NCBI GenBank assembly: GCA_043228905.1
Contig: JBHGNT010000017.1
Location: 5,704,001-5,768,000 of the forward strand
Direction: 5' to 3'
From: Azolla caroliniana
Lineage: Eukaryota > Plantae > Polypodiophyta
Length of the DNA stretch: 64,000 bases
Shown here: positions 26,241-37,170 of the stretch, piece after piece
Position numbering within the stretch: position 1 is the first letter of the stretch
Layout of the letters: each line of letters opens with the position of its first letter
Notes under the pieces: model-generated
Database searches by the model: none
What the model was told of the DNA's origin: nothing
The model's input: only the letters and a program-made list of their open reading frames with translations
Translations under genes and position numbers: made by a program

Positions 26241-29200
26241 TATTGTCGTCTTTTAAGAAGCCAAAATGGTCTATAAAACCAAAGAGATTATATCTTACAA
26301 TGTTTTGTCGTCTTTGAGAACCACCAGAATAGATATAACTGAACATTGGGTACCAAAGTATCTACATATCCAAGAACTTAAAATTCGAAACTTAAAAAAA
26401 TCACCAACATGGGCCGCTCCTATATGGACAGATCTCTGAAGCACCTTCAGTGACAAGTGATAAAGACCTTTATTTGTTGGTGACAAGGGTGAAGTCTGTT
26501 GGGAATGACTAATGTTATAGCCAAACAGCTAGCCAACCCGAAGGGCTAATTATCCCAACGGCCAGATCTTGGCCTTTAAGAGGAACCTTCTCCTCATGTA
26601 AAAAGTGATCTCTGTGTTTTCTCTCTCCTGTTGTGACATATATGTATATTCTTGAGAATAAAGGTGGTTTTCTCATTTTTCAATATGGTATCAGAACCTA
26701 GATCCTCCCCTCTGCAAAACCCTGGATCCTCCCCTCTGCCAAACCCTAGATCCGCCCCTCTGCTGGTGTAACAGTGAACGGAACAGCACTATCTATCCTA
26801 GCATCCAAGAGACGAAAGGGAGGCTTCTCCTTCTTTGATGACAGTGCTATGTGACTTCAGGAAAGAAGTCAGAAGAAAGAAAGAAAGAAATATTAACGTA
26901 TTTTAAGAGGCCAAAATGGCCTATAAGACCAAATAAGAGATTACATCGTAAGTGTTGGCTCGTCTTTGAGAACAAATCAAAATAAAATAAATATTACACA
27001 GTAAATATAAAAGTAAATAAGATGAAAAGAAAAGAAACGAGGGAATCTGGTTTTTGGCACATGTGAGATTCCCAAGTTAGGTGTATTGTAGCTTTTGACT
27101 TCGAAAGATCTCTAGCATAGGTCGATCCAGAATGGAAATGTCTCCGAAGTGAGGGTTTAGGGTTTAGGGTTTAGATTGAGAAGATGGATGAGGTGTTGTC
27201 AAATTTGAACGAGGCTCAGGTGAAAACATAATGCAGGAGTCACTCCTGATCGTTAGGTGTTTCCTCATGATATTGCTCAGTTTATCGCTTATTCTAACAT
27301 ATCAGCTACACATAGAGCATTCATTGCATCATTAGACTCTGTCACTTTACCCAAGTGTTTAAGGTTGCTAAAGAAGATCCAAAGTGGAAAGCAGCTATGC
27401 AAGAAGAACAAAATTTGGGAGATTGTATCACTACCACCAGGAAAGAAGTCGGTTGGGTGCAAATGGGTATTTACAATAAAACAAACCCTAGACGGCAAAA
27501 TCGATTGTTACAAGGCACGATTAGTGGCTAAGGGATATAGTCAGACATATGGCATTGATTACGATGAGACTTTTGCACTTGTAGCGAAGATGAGTAGTAT
27601 TAGGACGCTTATTTCCTTAACAGTAAATAACGATTGGAAATTACATCAATTAGATGTAAAAAATGCATTCCTTCATGGAGAGTTGATGGAGGAAGTGTAC
27701 ATGGATATCACCCTAGGTTTTGGTACAATTCAAATAGTAGGCAAGGTGTGCAGACTAAGGAAGTCGCTTTATGGACTGAAGCAATCTCCTCGAGCCTGGT
27801 TCGACATGTTAAGAAGGGCTATGGTGGGTATGGGATACCGGCAGATCAATGTGGACCATACTGTGTTTCCGACAACAAAAGGAGAAATTTCCCAACTGAA
27901 GGTGCAACTAGATAAAGAGTTTGAGGTGAAGGATCTAAGGTTGCTACGATATTTTCTTGGAATTGAGGTAGCTGGTGGGGCAGGAGTTGTTCTATCTCAG
28001 CGAAAATATGTGTTAGATCTTCTCACAGAGACTGGAATGTTGGGTTTTAGGCTTGTAGCTTCTCCAATTGACCCAAAGATTAAGCTAACTGAACTTGCAG
28101 GAGAGAAAGTTGATCGTGAAAGTTATCAAAGATTGGTAGGTTGGCTTATTTATTTGACTCACAATCGTCTAGATATTTCATTTGCAGTAAGTGTGGTAAG
28201 TCGCTACATGCATGTTCCGAGGAAAGATCATTTGGATGCAATGTACCAAATTCTGAGATATCTCAAAGGTGCCCCAGGGAAGGGATTGATCTATAGAAAA
28301 CATGGTCATTTTAACATTGAGGGCTATTGTGATTCTGATTGGGCTAGTTGTGCTGATGATAAGAAATCCACATCAGGATACTGCATGTATGTTGGGGGCA
28401 ATCTGGTCTCTTAGAAGAGTATGAAACAGTCGGTAATAGCAAGGTCAACAGCAGAAGCAGAATATAGAGCTATTGCTGTAGGAGTTGCGGAGATGTTGTG
28501 GCTGAGAACTAAAGTGGAATCAAGAAAATCAGATGAAGCTGTGGTGTGACCATAAGTCAGCAATCAGCATTGCCAACAATCCGGTACAGCATGATAGGAC
28601 CAACCACATCGAAATCAACAGCTTATTTATCGAGGAGAAGCTTGATAGTGGAATATTAAAATTGAGTCATGTTTCTACTGAAGATCAAGTAGCAGATTGC
28701 CTTACGAAGGGACTTGGGCCAGTAAGGCTTTCTAGATTGTGTGACAAGATGGGCTTAGTGGATAACTTTCGCCCAATGGCTAGTTATCCCAACGGCCAGA
28801 TCTTCGACTTTTAGAGGAACCTTCTCCTCATGTAAAAAGTGATGTCTGTGTTTTCTCTCTCCTGTTGTGACATATATGTATGTTCTTGAGAATAAAGGTG
28901 TTTTTCTCATTTTCAATAAAGTCCATGGTCCAGTGGTTGTGGCCTACATGCATGGCACATTGCTATTGTTTGTATTGTAACCTCTTTGGTTAAGTCTCCA
29001 ATTGTGTAGTCCTTGATTCACTTGTAGCGTAAGTGGACATGGCTAAAGAAAGTTGTAATAATTCTCTGTTCATGAGCTGTTGTGGCTGTATTATTGTCCT
29101 TCAACAATTGTGTATTACTCGATTGTTTACTTATAGCATGAGTGATTGTTGTCTGTTGATGAGCTGTTGTGGCTGAATCAACCTTTGTTAGAGATCTTTT

Positions 29201-32200
29201 GAAGACAAAAAGTACAATATATCTAACTTGGGAATGTTACATCTATAGATGATGAGAATCTTTAGTCACATCTTAATTTTATTTCTATTTACTTTTTTGC
29301 TTAATTACATTTATTTTGGTTTGAAAAGGCAGTGGTATCCCTCTTATTTCATAAAACAGATTGTGGCTGAAGAGAGGCAGAATAACAGAAAATTTCTATT
29401 AAGCTCCATAGGTAACCGAACTTGAGCTATGGCAAGACCAGAGTCTGTCTATGAGATGGGAGGGGATGAAAAAATCTGTCTACTTTGATAATGCATTGGA
29501 AGCTCTACTTTAATTTCATTGCTTTGTGGCATGATTTTAAAATTTATATCATGGGTTTGTGCTAGCATGGTGAATCATTAGTATAAAGTCCAAGAGAGTG
29601 GGTGGCAAGGGGAACCTTAACATTTTATCATTAGTGTTTGTCATCATGCAAGTTAGGCACCTTGGGTCTTGGAATTATTGCTCAGACTGATATTGCAAAC
29701 ATGTGCAACCTCATATTCCTGTGTTTACCTAGATTATTTTTTTGTACCTTTTAAAATAGAAATTGTGAACTGTCAATTGATTCACGTTCACCTCAGTACT
29801 TACTCCATCTATTAATATTATGAATATGTTGCAGAGTGGGACTAGCAAAATTTGTTGGCTTGTTAGCACAGAAAATGGGTTCTGATATGAAGAGGCATGC
29901 TGGTATGCTTCTGAAGGTTCTTAATAGGGCTGCACAAGAAGAGAAAAGTTCTGCTGCCAGGCGCGCTTTTGTCTCAGCTTGTGCATCTGTTGCGAAATAT
30001 GCTAGTCCTCTCCAGGTACAAGCCCTATTTGAGGATACAGTTGCATTCTACAATACAGGTGCTGCAAGTGCACAGGTAACTGCTGGCTTGTTATTGAGGG
30101 AGTTGTCGAGGCAAATCAGTGACACATTTGTTGGTTACCATGCATTGGTGCTCCCTCTTGCATTTATAGCAAGGTTTGTATTTTCCAATGAAATATTCAT
30201 GATAATTTTGTGGTGTTATTTATAAGTATTTGAATGTATTATTGATTGAATACCTTTTTGTGCAACGGCACAACCACTGAAACAATAGGTTTCCCCAACC
30301 CAGTATCTTGTACTAGGACAACCGTCTCAGGATTTTTTGGCAATGCTACATAGCAAACGAACTGTCTCCTGATGTTCTAAAGCAAACCTTATTCAACCCC
30401 AGACCATCTAGTTTTCTAGAGAGTCAGAATATCCTCCTAGGTTTCCATTGATATATCTGCTCATCATCAGAATTCCTGTTCATATATGCCCTCATAGATA
30501 TGTTGTATTAAGCTTTCCATTTTCTGGTTTCTTGGTGCCCTTTTTTGTTTCAAGTAATATATTTGTTTTCCTATCTATTAGGCAATAGAATATTGTATAA
30601 TTGGCATAGAATGAAAGAAAGAAGAAAGATATATTAATGTCTTTTAAGAGGCCAAAATGGCCTATAAGACCAAATAAGAGATTACATCTTGAGTGTTTTC
30701 TCGTCTTTGAGAACAAGTCAAAATAAAATAAATATTACACAGTAAATATACAAGTAAATAAGATGAAAAGAGAAGAAACGAGGGAATCTGGTTTTTGGCA
30801 CATGTGAGATTCTCAAGTTAGGTATATTGTAGCTTTTATCTTCGAAAGATCTCTAGCATAGGTCGATCCAGAATGGAAATGCCTCCGAAGCGAGGGAAGC
30901 ACCTACGATGGCGGGAGATAATGGATTTTATCTGTCGATGGCAAGGGTGTTGAGGTCGTGGTCCATGGGGCCGGGGCCTACGTGCATGGCAAATTGCTAT
31001 TGCCCGATCAATTATAATTTATGCATAATTTAGAAACTGGTACTTCCACCGACAGCCTTCAGAGTCATCTTTGGTTTGTGGTTTCAGTTGCGCAGGCCAT
31101 CTATTCTACTCAATGGAATGAGCGATTTAATCACGTGAAAGTGAAATTTAATCTCATACTCTATTTTTTCTTAATTTATCTAGGAGACTGGAATTTGTTT
31201 TGCTTATCTTTTCTTTTGTTAACTTCTCATTGTACACAAACGACATGCTTTTCAGTTTTGAAGATGACAAAATGGTGAGTACTATATTTGAAGAGATTTG
31301 GGAGGAAAACACCAGTGGGCAAAGTGTTGCACTGCAGCTATATGCATCTGACATTATACCCCTTATTTTGAAGGGACTTTCTTCTACATCATGGACTGAA
31401 AAAAAGAAGGTAAATGACGTCTGAGAATTAAGTGTTTTTAATTTGTTTTCTGCGAAGGTTTATTGGGAATGAAAAGTTAAATGAATTATATTATAATATT
31501 GAAAGTTCCAAAAGATGAAAAGACCTATGTTACCTAAGTGTCAGTAAAATAGCTAGAGAAAATAGCAATAGGAATGCTAGATTTGAGGAACCAGTATGCA
31601 ATTACAATGTATAAGGATTCCAGAAAACATCATTATGGAAAGAGATGACATGAGGATGTGTATCTTGTTACTATAATCATCTGATACATTATACAATTGT
31701 CAGGTGAACCAATAAAATTAATAGTAATAACGGCACTTAAGCTGAGGCACAAATATTTTTAGTGTAGTAGGGATGGTGGAGAAACCAGAATACAACACGA
31801 GATGTGTGTTTGTCATCCCTTGAATTCTCTCATAAGGTAAGACAAGGAGGCCATGCACAATAGAGAGGTAGTGGTGTTTGAAAGTTGTCGTGGAGTTATA
31901 ATTATACTGCTACCATTGCTATAATAATAGTAAATTACTCTGCTCCAGAAGTTGATGTTGGCATTGTAGACTGGTTCTACTTAAGTGACAACATGGGTAA
32001 AGGAGAAGAAGTTGAATATCTGGTAGCTGCTGACCCAATCTGAGTCTACGTAAGCTGTTAATTGGAATTCAGAAATGCTGATTCTGCCCCACAGGGTAGT
32101 TTGCTCAGTGCAATACAATCTACCAGGAATAGGCAATGCTTATTATGGTCAGATAGGAGAAATCTTCAGGCTGCATATAGTAATGTTGACCGTATGCATA

Positions 32201-35200
32201 AATAAGTAGTGAAGATGAACTAGATCTATTGTGTTAGAAAACGTTTTCCAATTATGCGTGATTTAGTCATCTATGTACTATCCATGTGATGGTCATATTG
32301 TTTCTTTCCTGCTTTTGTTTCCATCATGTATTGTTTCCAATTATAATTTTAATATGCTTTTGTTTGCGACAGTTTAGATGTACACTTTTTCCACCATGTT
32401 TTTGTTACCAACTTTCAACTGTTATTTGATAAATCTATATATACATTCTTTTCTACCAGAGTGCAAAGGCAATATCGAAGCTTGCAGATGTATCTGGGGA
32501 GTCTATGGCTGCCTATGTACAACAGTTGTTAAAAAGTATTTTAAATGAATTACAAAGTCGTTTTTGGGAGGTAAATTCTTTCCTCTTCATAGGAGATTGA
32601 TATCAAACATACAAATAGAGTAAAAATATTTGCTACTGTAGGGAAAGGAGCTGTTGCTGCAGGCAGTTACTGCGATATGCAAAAGTTCAGTGGCAATGAT
32701 TCCGAAAGCTTGTTCCCCTGATATGGTTAGCAGGGAGGCAGTAGTGGCAGCTATGCTAGGAGCCTGTTCGAAAAAGAATATCACCTTCCGTAACACTGCA
32801 TTCTCCTCTCTAGAACAGGTTTGATTCTTCATGACTTTTTGAGCTTCTATTGGCTTTTCCTGGTGTTTGCAGAAGATTTTAAGTGGAAATGCTTCAAAGG
32901 GAATTGAAAATGGCAATAACAACTTCCTTTCAAAGTTTCCGATGTAAATTGTAATTCAAGCTCTAAGGAGAGTTTGATACTGATGTTTGACAACCGAATG
33001 GCCACATGAAAAAGATGGCCTAGGAACTGTGCAGGTAGGGAAATGCTTCAAATGGTCAATGTATGTTTACCAGGGAATTGTGCAGGTTTATGCATGCGTA
33101 GAGGCAAAGTCTCAAATCTCAACAATGGTACTGAATTTCAAGAAGTGAATAAATTCATCAAGAGCAATGTAACCAATACAAATTTGGAGAACTTCTGGAC
33201 TTCCTCTATTTCACTTGAGTGTGTAGTTCCCAGATTAGCTTTTCTTTCATGTGTTGCCATCTGAGTTGCTGCATATAGGAAGAATAAACATTTTCCCCCT
33301 TCCATGATTATAATGAAGTTTTTTCTGTTGGAATTAAGAAATTGCTATAAAAGTTACCATAGAATGATGCTTCAGTTATACACATAAATAAAGAGAATTG
33401 AAAAGTAAATGAATCACCAATCTTGAAGATAATTGATTCTTCTTCAGCATCCTTGAGACGACTATTGCATGAATCATTGAATGATCCATCTAGAGATTCT
33501 TGAGTTGTAGCTTGTTCTATGAAATTTTATATATAAAAAATATTTATTGATTCCATTTTTTGTTTGTTTTATAATAGTTATTTCTATTTGTGCAGATTCT
33601 TCTTTATTTTAAAGATGAAAGCTTTTTCAAGGATGCCTTCCAGTTCCTTCTGCAATGTTGCTCCACCAGTTCGTCAAGGAACCTTATTATACCTAATGGT
33701 AAATTTATGATTTCTGTGTGAGCTTGTAGCTGCTCACATTTTCTGTCTGAGCATGCTACCTTGAAAAATATGCACTTCCAACAAAGTGAAGCAATTATAA
33801 TTGGGGCATGTTAGACTGTCTATCCATGGTGTTCAGAATTATAGGTTGTGTGAATGCACATGTAGACAAGAACATGGGTAATGAAATTCTGCCATTTTTA
33901 TCACATCTAGTAATGGAACCATTGAAAACATTACCTAATAATGGTTCCATTCTTCCAAATGGTGTCCTTTCTTCCAATTGGCAGAATCATCCTTTAAAGG
34001 AGACATAAAGGATATCCACTATACATCTTACATCTATCTCATTGTCTATGCAATGGAGATAAATGGGTGTGCTCAGAGCAAACACTGCATTCCCTCCGTT
34101 GGAAGCTAAAATGTTATGATATCACAGACTGCTTTAATAAGCTGGTGGTGTAGATTTGTAAAACAGGCTGCAACTGATTTTATTTTGCTAATGCAGGTGA
34201 AGATGTAATAAATGAAAACTATTTGCCATCTCTTGAGAAGATAATACTATGCCTTAAGGCGAGCATTCTAACAGCATCGTCATCAGATATTTTAGATCAA
34301 TTTGACAATGTTCTGTCATGCCTGTTGGAGAAAATAAATGGAAGCTATTCTTGGCAGGGTAATAATTTTTTTCTACTCACATGAATTTTACTTATGCATC
34401 AGAGAGGGGTAGGAGAGCAATGAAATGACTTATTAGACAAAATCTTGTCATTTGAATCTCTGGTAACTTAACAACAAAATTACTAATGGCTGTCAAATGA
34501 CTTGAATCTTATTCTTATAGATTGGTAATGTAAAAATAAAAATTAACGTGTGCCTAAAATGCATAGCATGCTTCCGACTTTCTGCCTGTGAGTGGCAAAT
34601 GCTGTATATATGGAATTGACTGTTTAAAAGAGGCCTCCAACTCTGTTGAGGATAGTGAATGATTTAATTCAGCAAGGATTAACCCAACAGCACAGAGATT
34701 GATGCTTGATGTGCAGTCAAGGCCTAATAGAGATAAGTCAGGAGAGTAAGATGACAGACATTAATCAGCATGAGACCAAACAAAAGGTTACATCTGAAAT
34801 GTTACTCGCATAAAAAAAGAGTGGAATCTATGAATTTTACTCTCCATTAGGTGTGTCCCTGTGCACCCAAACTGTCAATGTCATTTGGATAAACACCAAA
34901 GAGAGTGGGTGAAAAGGGCATCCTTGTTTCCTTCCAGTAGCTAAAACTGATATTTCTACTATTCATTATTGGGTTTGTCAAATTACAAACTAAAACCATT
35001 GTTTAACAACAGAGACTTAAAACCGGAGTATGTTGCGAGAGATAATTAATTTTGATTGTTTGCAGTAACATTAGCAACAATTGCGACAATTCAGGCTATT
35101 TTCACCTTTGGAAAGACGGGGGTATTACAAGAAAACTGTGAACTTGCATCTGTGCAGTCAAAGGTAATAGTGAAATTGGCACCATCTCCATAGCAAATGC

Positions 35201-35571
35201 TTTTGTTACATAATTGGTTTCTTTGCAATGTAGTGTGCAGAACCAGTTGCTCTAGCTCTTCTTGAATGCCAAAACAATGCAAAAGTTGGACAGGTGGTTA
35301 CATACTATAGCATGTGCATGTTTCTTCTACTGATGATATTTTGTTCTTAACTTGTATTTGTGTGTTGATTTGTTTTGAACAGGTGCGAGTTGCTTGCCTC
35401 GAATGTATTTTGGCTCTTATTCAGGGTGATGATTTACATAGTAAATTCAGAGAAACCTTGTCTAATAGAGTTCATGTTCTGTTCGAATCGGAGAAAACAC
35501 CATTGGTAAAATCCCATCTGCAGAGTGTGCTTGCAGCAATTGAAACCAGAATGGATATACCAAGGACATGA
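3557..35571 (+). CDS. ECM29: Proteasome-associated protein ECM29 homolog (ECPAS), 34 exons, ~1800 aa
   Basis: Exons traced by hand with splice sites and phase continuity: 3557-3706, 6803-6976, 7124-7216, 7607-7752, 7836-7929, 8024-8106, 8242-8348, 8521-8670, 9226-9290, 9392-9482, 9569-9647, 10329-10437, 14323-14382, 14491-14609, 17898-18225, 18518-18702, 18808-18880, 19016-19381, 19590-19940, 20974-21141, 21216-21509, 21588-21764, 24486-24749, 25613-25711, 25906-26090, 29835-30173, 31256-31409, 32460-32570, 32642-32818, 33596-33698, 34197-34358, 35066-35163, 35234-35293, 35383-35571. Sum 5403 nt, in frame, ends TGA. Recognisable ECM29 peptides: [85 protein letters not shown]. Confidence 0.95.
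4530..5600 (+). mobile_element. Degenerate 3' part of the (TTTC)n-tailed LINE, including a ~119-bp tandem duplication (4772-4890/4891-5009)
   Basis: Homologous to the ORF2 C-terminus and 3'UTR copies elsewhere in the window; ends TTTGGCCTCTTAAAAGAC...TTCTTTCTT. Confidence 0.65.
5860..6741 (+). mobile_element. LINE fragment: RT remnant (TLFGLYIDE, LLYANDV) fused to 3'UTR with (TTTC)n tail; ~115-bp tandem duplication at 6056-6285
   Basis: RT motif remnants plus the same 3' end as the other copies (TTTGGCCTCTTAAAAGATGTTACTATAGCTTTCTTTCTTTC). Confidence 0.7.
10800..14150 (-). mobile_element. Degenerate LINE ORF2 (RT plus C-terminal Cys/His domain), split by a Copia at 12221-13941
   Basis: ORFs 13930-14118 (ILLYAD), 11911-12147 (KTKVTVFN..YRYLGVTF) and 11090-11407 (RTSSHQLEIEVGRY..EERICQLC..SEEHYVCHC). 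Confidence 0.8.
12221..13941 (-). mobile_element. Internally deleted Ty1/Copia LTR retrotransposon, related to the 42374-56188 element
   Basis: 5' LTR 13582-13941 (TG...CA). PBS TGGTATCAAAGC is tRNA-iMet type. gag MNTQ..LDKNNFISWEYKMHQYL; protease WFVDSGTSNHM at ~12425-12457 joined directly to a truncated 3' LTR 12221-~12420. Degenerate 5-bp TSD CTGAT/TTCAT. Confidence 0.88.
15372..16169. mobile_element. AT-rich non-autonomous DNA-transposon-like element (hAT-type MITE?) with internal ~145-bp degenerate repeats
   Basis: Ends CAT..ATTCGC / GCGAATACCATG form an imperfect inverted repeat, with GAAT/ATTCG subterminal motifs and repeated TTAAAAAGG..TAATATTTTTATAATAGATGTAAAAC units. No clean TSD. 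Confidence 0.4.
16431..17840 (-). mobile_element. Stack of three 5'-truncated LINE 3' ends with (TTTC)n tails
   Basis: (GAAA)n at 16431-16470, ~17393 and ~17540, each followed by TTTTAAGA..CCAAAATGG..ATAAGACCAAA. ORF 17129-17455 encodes LRTSSHHLEIEVDRY..EERICKLC..ESEEHYVCH. Confidence 0.85.
22035..24360 (-). mobile_element. Cluster of LINE fragments (at least two subfamilies) in ECM29 intron 22
   Basis: 3'UTR motif at ~22041 and ~24040. ORF2 C-terminal remnants (KNMPNHRLPH; VEDEYHLLFTC at ~23490-23522). Confidence 0.7.
24980..25500 (-). mobile_element. Old LINE 3' fragment
   Basis: Visible similarity to the 16660-17250 copy (GCCTACATGCATGACAAATTGCTATTG, CCCCTTGA, ACCTATCTCAAATCT). Confidence 0.55.
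26497..28918 (+). mobile_element. Deleted Ty1/Copia element (Ale-like) with TG...TA LTR ends and AAGTC TSD
   Basis: 5' LTR 26497-26685; PBS TGGTATCAG at 26686. RT/RNaseH ORFs 27257-28414 and 28533-28814 (YKARLVAKG, LDVKNAFLHG, LYGLKQSPRAW, CDSDWA). Truncated 3' LTR ~28777-28918. TSD AAGTC at 26492-26496 and 28919-28923. gag/int and the YVDD segment are deleted. Confidence 0.9.
26870..27155 (-). mobile_element. Young LINE 3' end nested inside the Copia
   Basis: Near-identical to 16471-16738, with a (GAAA)n tail. Confidence 0.85.
30613..31015 (-). mobile_element. Young 5'-truncated LINE 3' end
   Basis: Near-identical to 16471-16855. Confidence 0.85.
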
Positions 35572-36139
35572 TGCAGTAAACTTATGCAACCTATTACTTT
35601 GTATCTGTGTTCTGCAACCAATGACCATAGCTCGAAAGAAAACATGCCCATCAAATGGGATTACATGAGATGACAGCTTTTAGAGAACACTTGAAATGCA
35701 GGGAGGCCCTCTAAAAAACTGTCAATGTTAAACAAATAATTTATCATTCATTTTTTATGTGCTTAAATCAAGTACCATATGATTCTACTTTCATGAACAT
35801 CTCAATTTATACATACCTCGATTGAATGCAAAATACTTGTGGTAGCAATACATCAAGGGATCCACCACATCAACCTTGGTTTAGGATGCATAGGAATTTT
35901 ATCTTCCTCCGATGTAATTGAAGTTGTGGAATATGATGACTTCTTTTTTTCGTCTTTCGACATAGCAATTGTGAAAATCAACATCTCCCGACATGGAAAG
36001 AAACCAAGAACTTGAGGGCAAAATCAAGGAAAAATGATGAGATACACTCAAGCAAAGTAATAGTTGAAAAATGACCATTATAGGTAGTTGGCCGACTTTA
36101 GTCGGGCTACTATCCGATATAGGATAGTTAACATATATT

Positions 36140-36390
36140 CTTTGACGTTTAGGATTTCACCATGTACACCATATTCTCGTAGGATCTCAAATACACCATA
36201 TACACTAGGATTTCAAATATACTATATACACTTAGTATTTCATCATATTCTCTTACATTTTCAAATACACCACATATGTTTAAGATTTCATCATAATCGC
36301 TTAGGAGTGCAAATACACCACATACAGCTAGATGTAGACCATATACACCATATTCACTTAATATTTGAAATACACCATATACACCAAAAT
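36140..36390. repeat. Degenerate ~27-bp tandem/subterminal repeats (TTTCAAATACACCATATACAC)
   Basis: Motif recurs about 8 times. Confidence 0.55.
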
Positions 36391-36595
36391 ATTGCTTCTT
36401 TATTATGTCAAATCTCTTAATTTACATCGAATACCGAATATACATGCTATTTTCATTCTCATGAGAATCAATACATACTATTTGGCATTACATACAATCA
36501 AAATTACAAAATGGGCATATAAAAAATGTAATGGTTAGTTGCCAAGACTCATGATATCGAAAAGCCCAAAACCTAGTGTGCCCATTTCATCATAT

Positions 36596-37170
36596 TTATC
36601 CAAGGGAGTTCCACATCTTCATGTTAAAACCAATGCTTAGACCATTGTCAAACAATACTTGTAAGAACCAACATAAGAGGACATTTAGAAAATCTAGAGA
36701 GCCCAAGCCTTGGACGAACTCCTCCATTAGCATCCAAATAGTTTGCATCACATAATAGCCACAATCGGTCCCGTTGAGTTGGAATGTGGAATTCGTGATG
36801 TTGGTTTTCATTTAGGAACCAATGGTCTTTGGGCGTACTACTGGTCTTTTGTACAACCAAATTTTCCAAAATCTTCAAAAAAGGAGTTTCGAGATTTTAC
36901 AATGGATCACAAAATACTACCCGGTTGGTCACCTTTTGGGCATCCAAACTAGTGGGATGTTGCACATCTTCATCCAAAGCACCCAACGGTCAAAGTGCAA
37001 TACCCGTATGAAAACATAATCCCGCCCTTGCACATGTCCAAGGATGACGGCCACCTTGTTGATTTGCTTAGCAAGTTGCACCCATAGTGGATTGACAATC
37101 CAATACTAGTGGAGATCTCTTGGGGTTGTGTATATTCCATCCACATGTTGAAGCGATAGTGGCTCATCAT
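36596..37170 (-). pseudogene. Frameshifted Ulp1/C48 peptidase-like remnant, probably transposon-borne
   Basis: QLNGTDCGYYVMQ matches the Q-x-N-x-x-DCG catalytic-Cys motif of Ulp1 proteases; neighbouring frames are broken. Confidence 0.5.

Larger units (their letters stand above)
26200..29350 (-). mobile_element. LINE 3' copy with (TTGC)n tail, interrupted by the Copia at 26497-28918
   Basis: (GCAA)n ~26203-26238 then the 3'UTR motif. The sequence resumes after the Copia at 28919 (GTCCATGGTCC..GGCCTACATGC). Confidence 0.75.

Noticed and set aside
16471-30730. Recurrent GGCCAAAATGGCCTATAAGACC motif as a CRISPR-like or regulatory array
   Set aside because: Irregular spacing, both orientations, always embedded in LINE 3'UTR homology next to a microsatellite tail.
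31790-32200. Minus-strand LTAYVDSDW Copia RNaseH-like motif in intron 27
   Set aside because: Single short motif with no boundaries; cannot support a feature.
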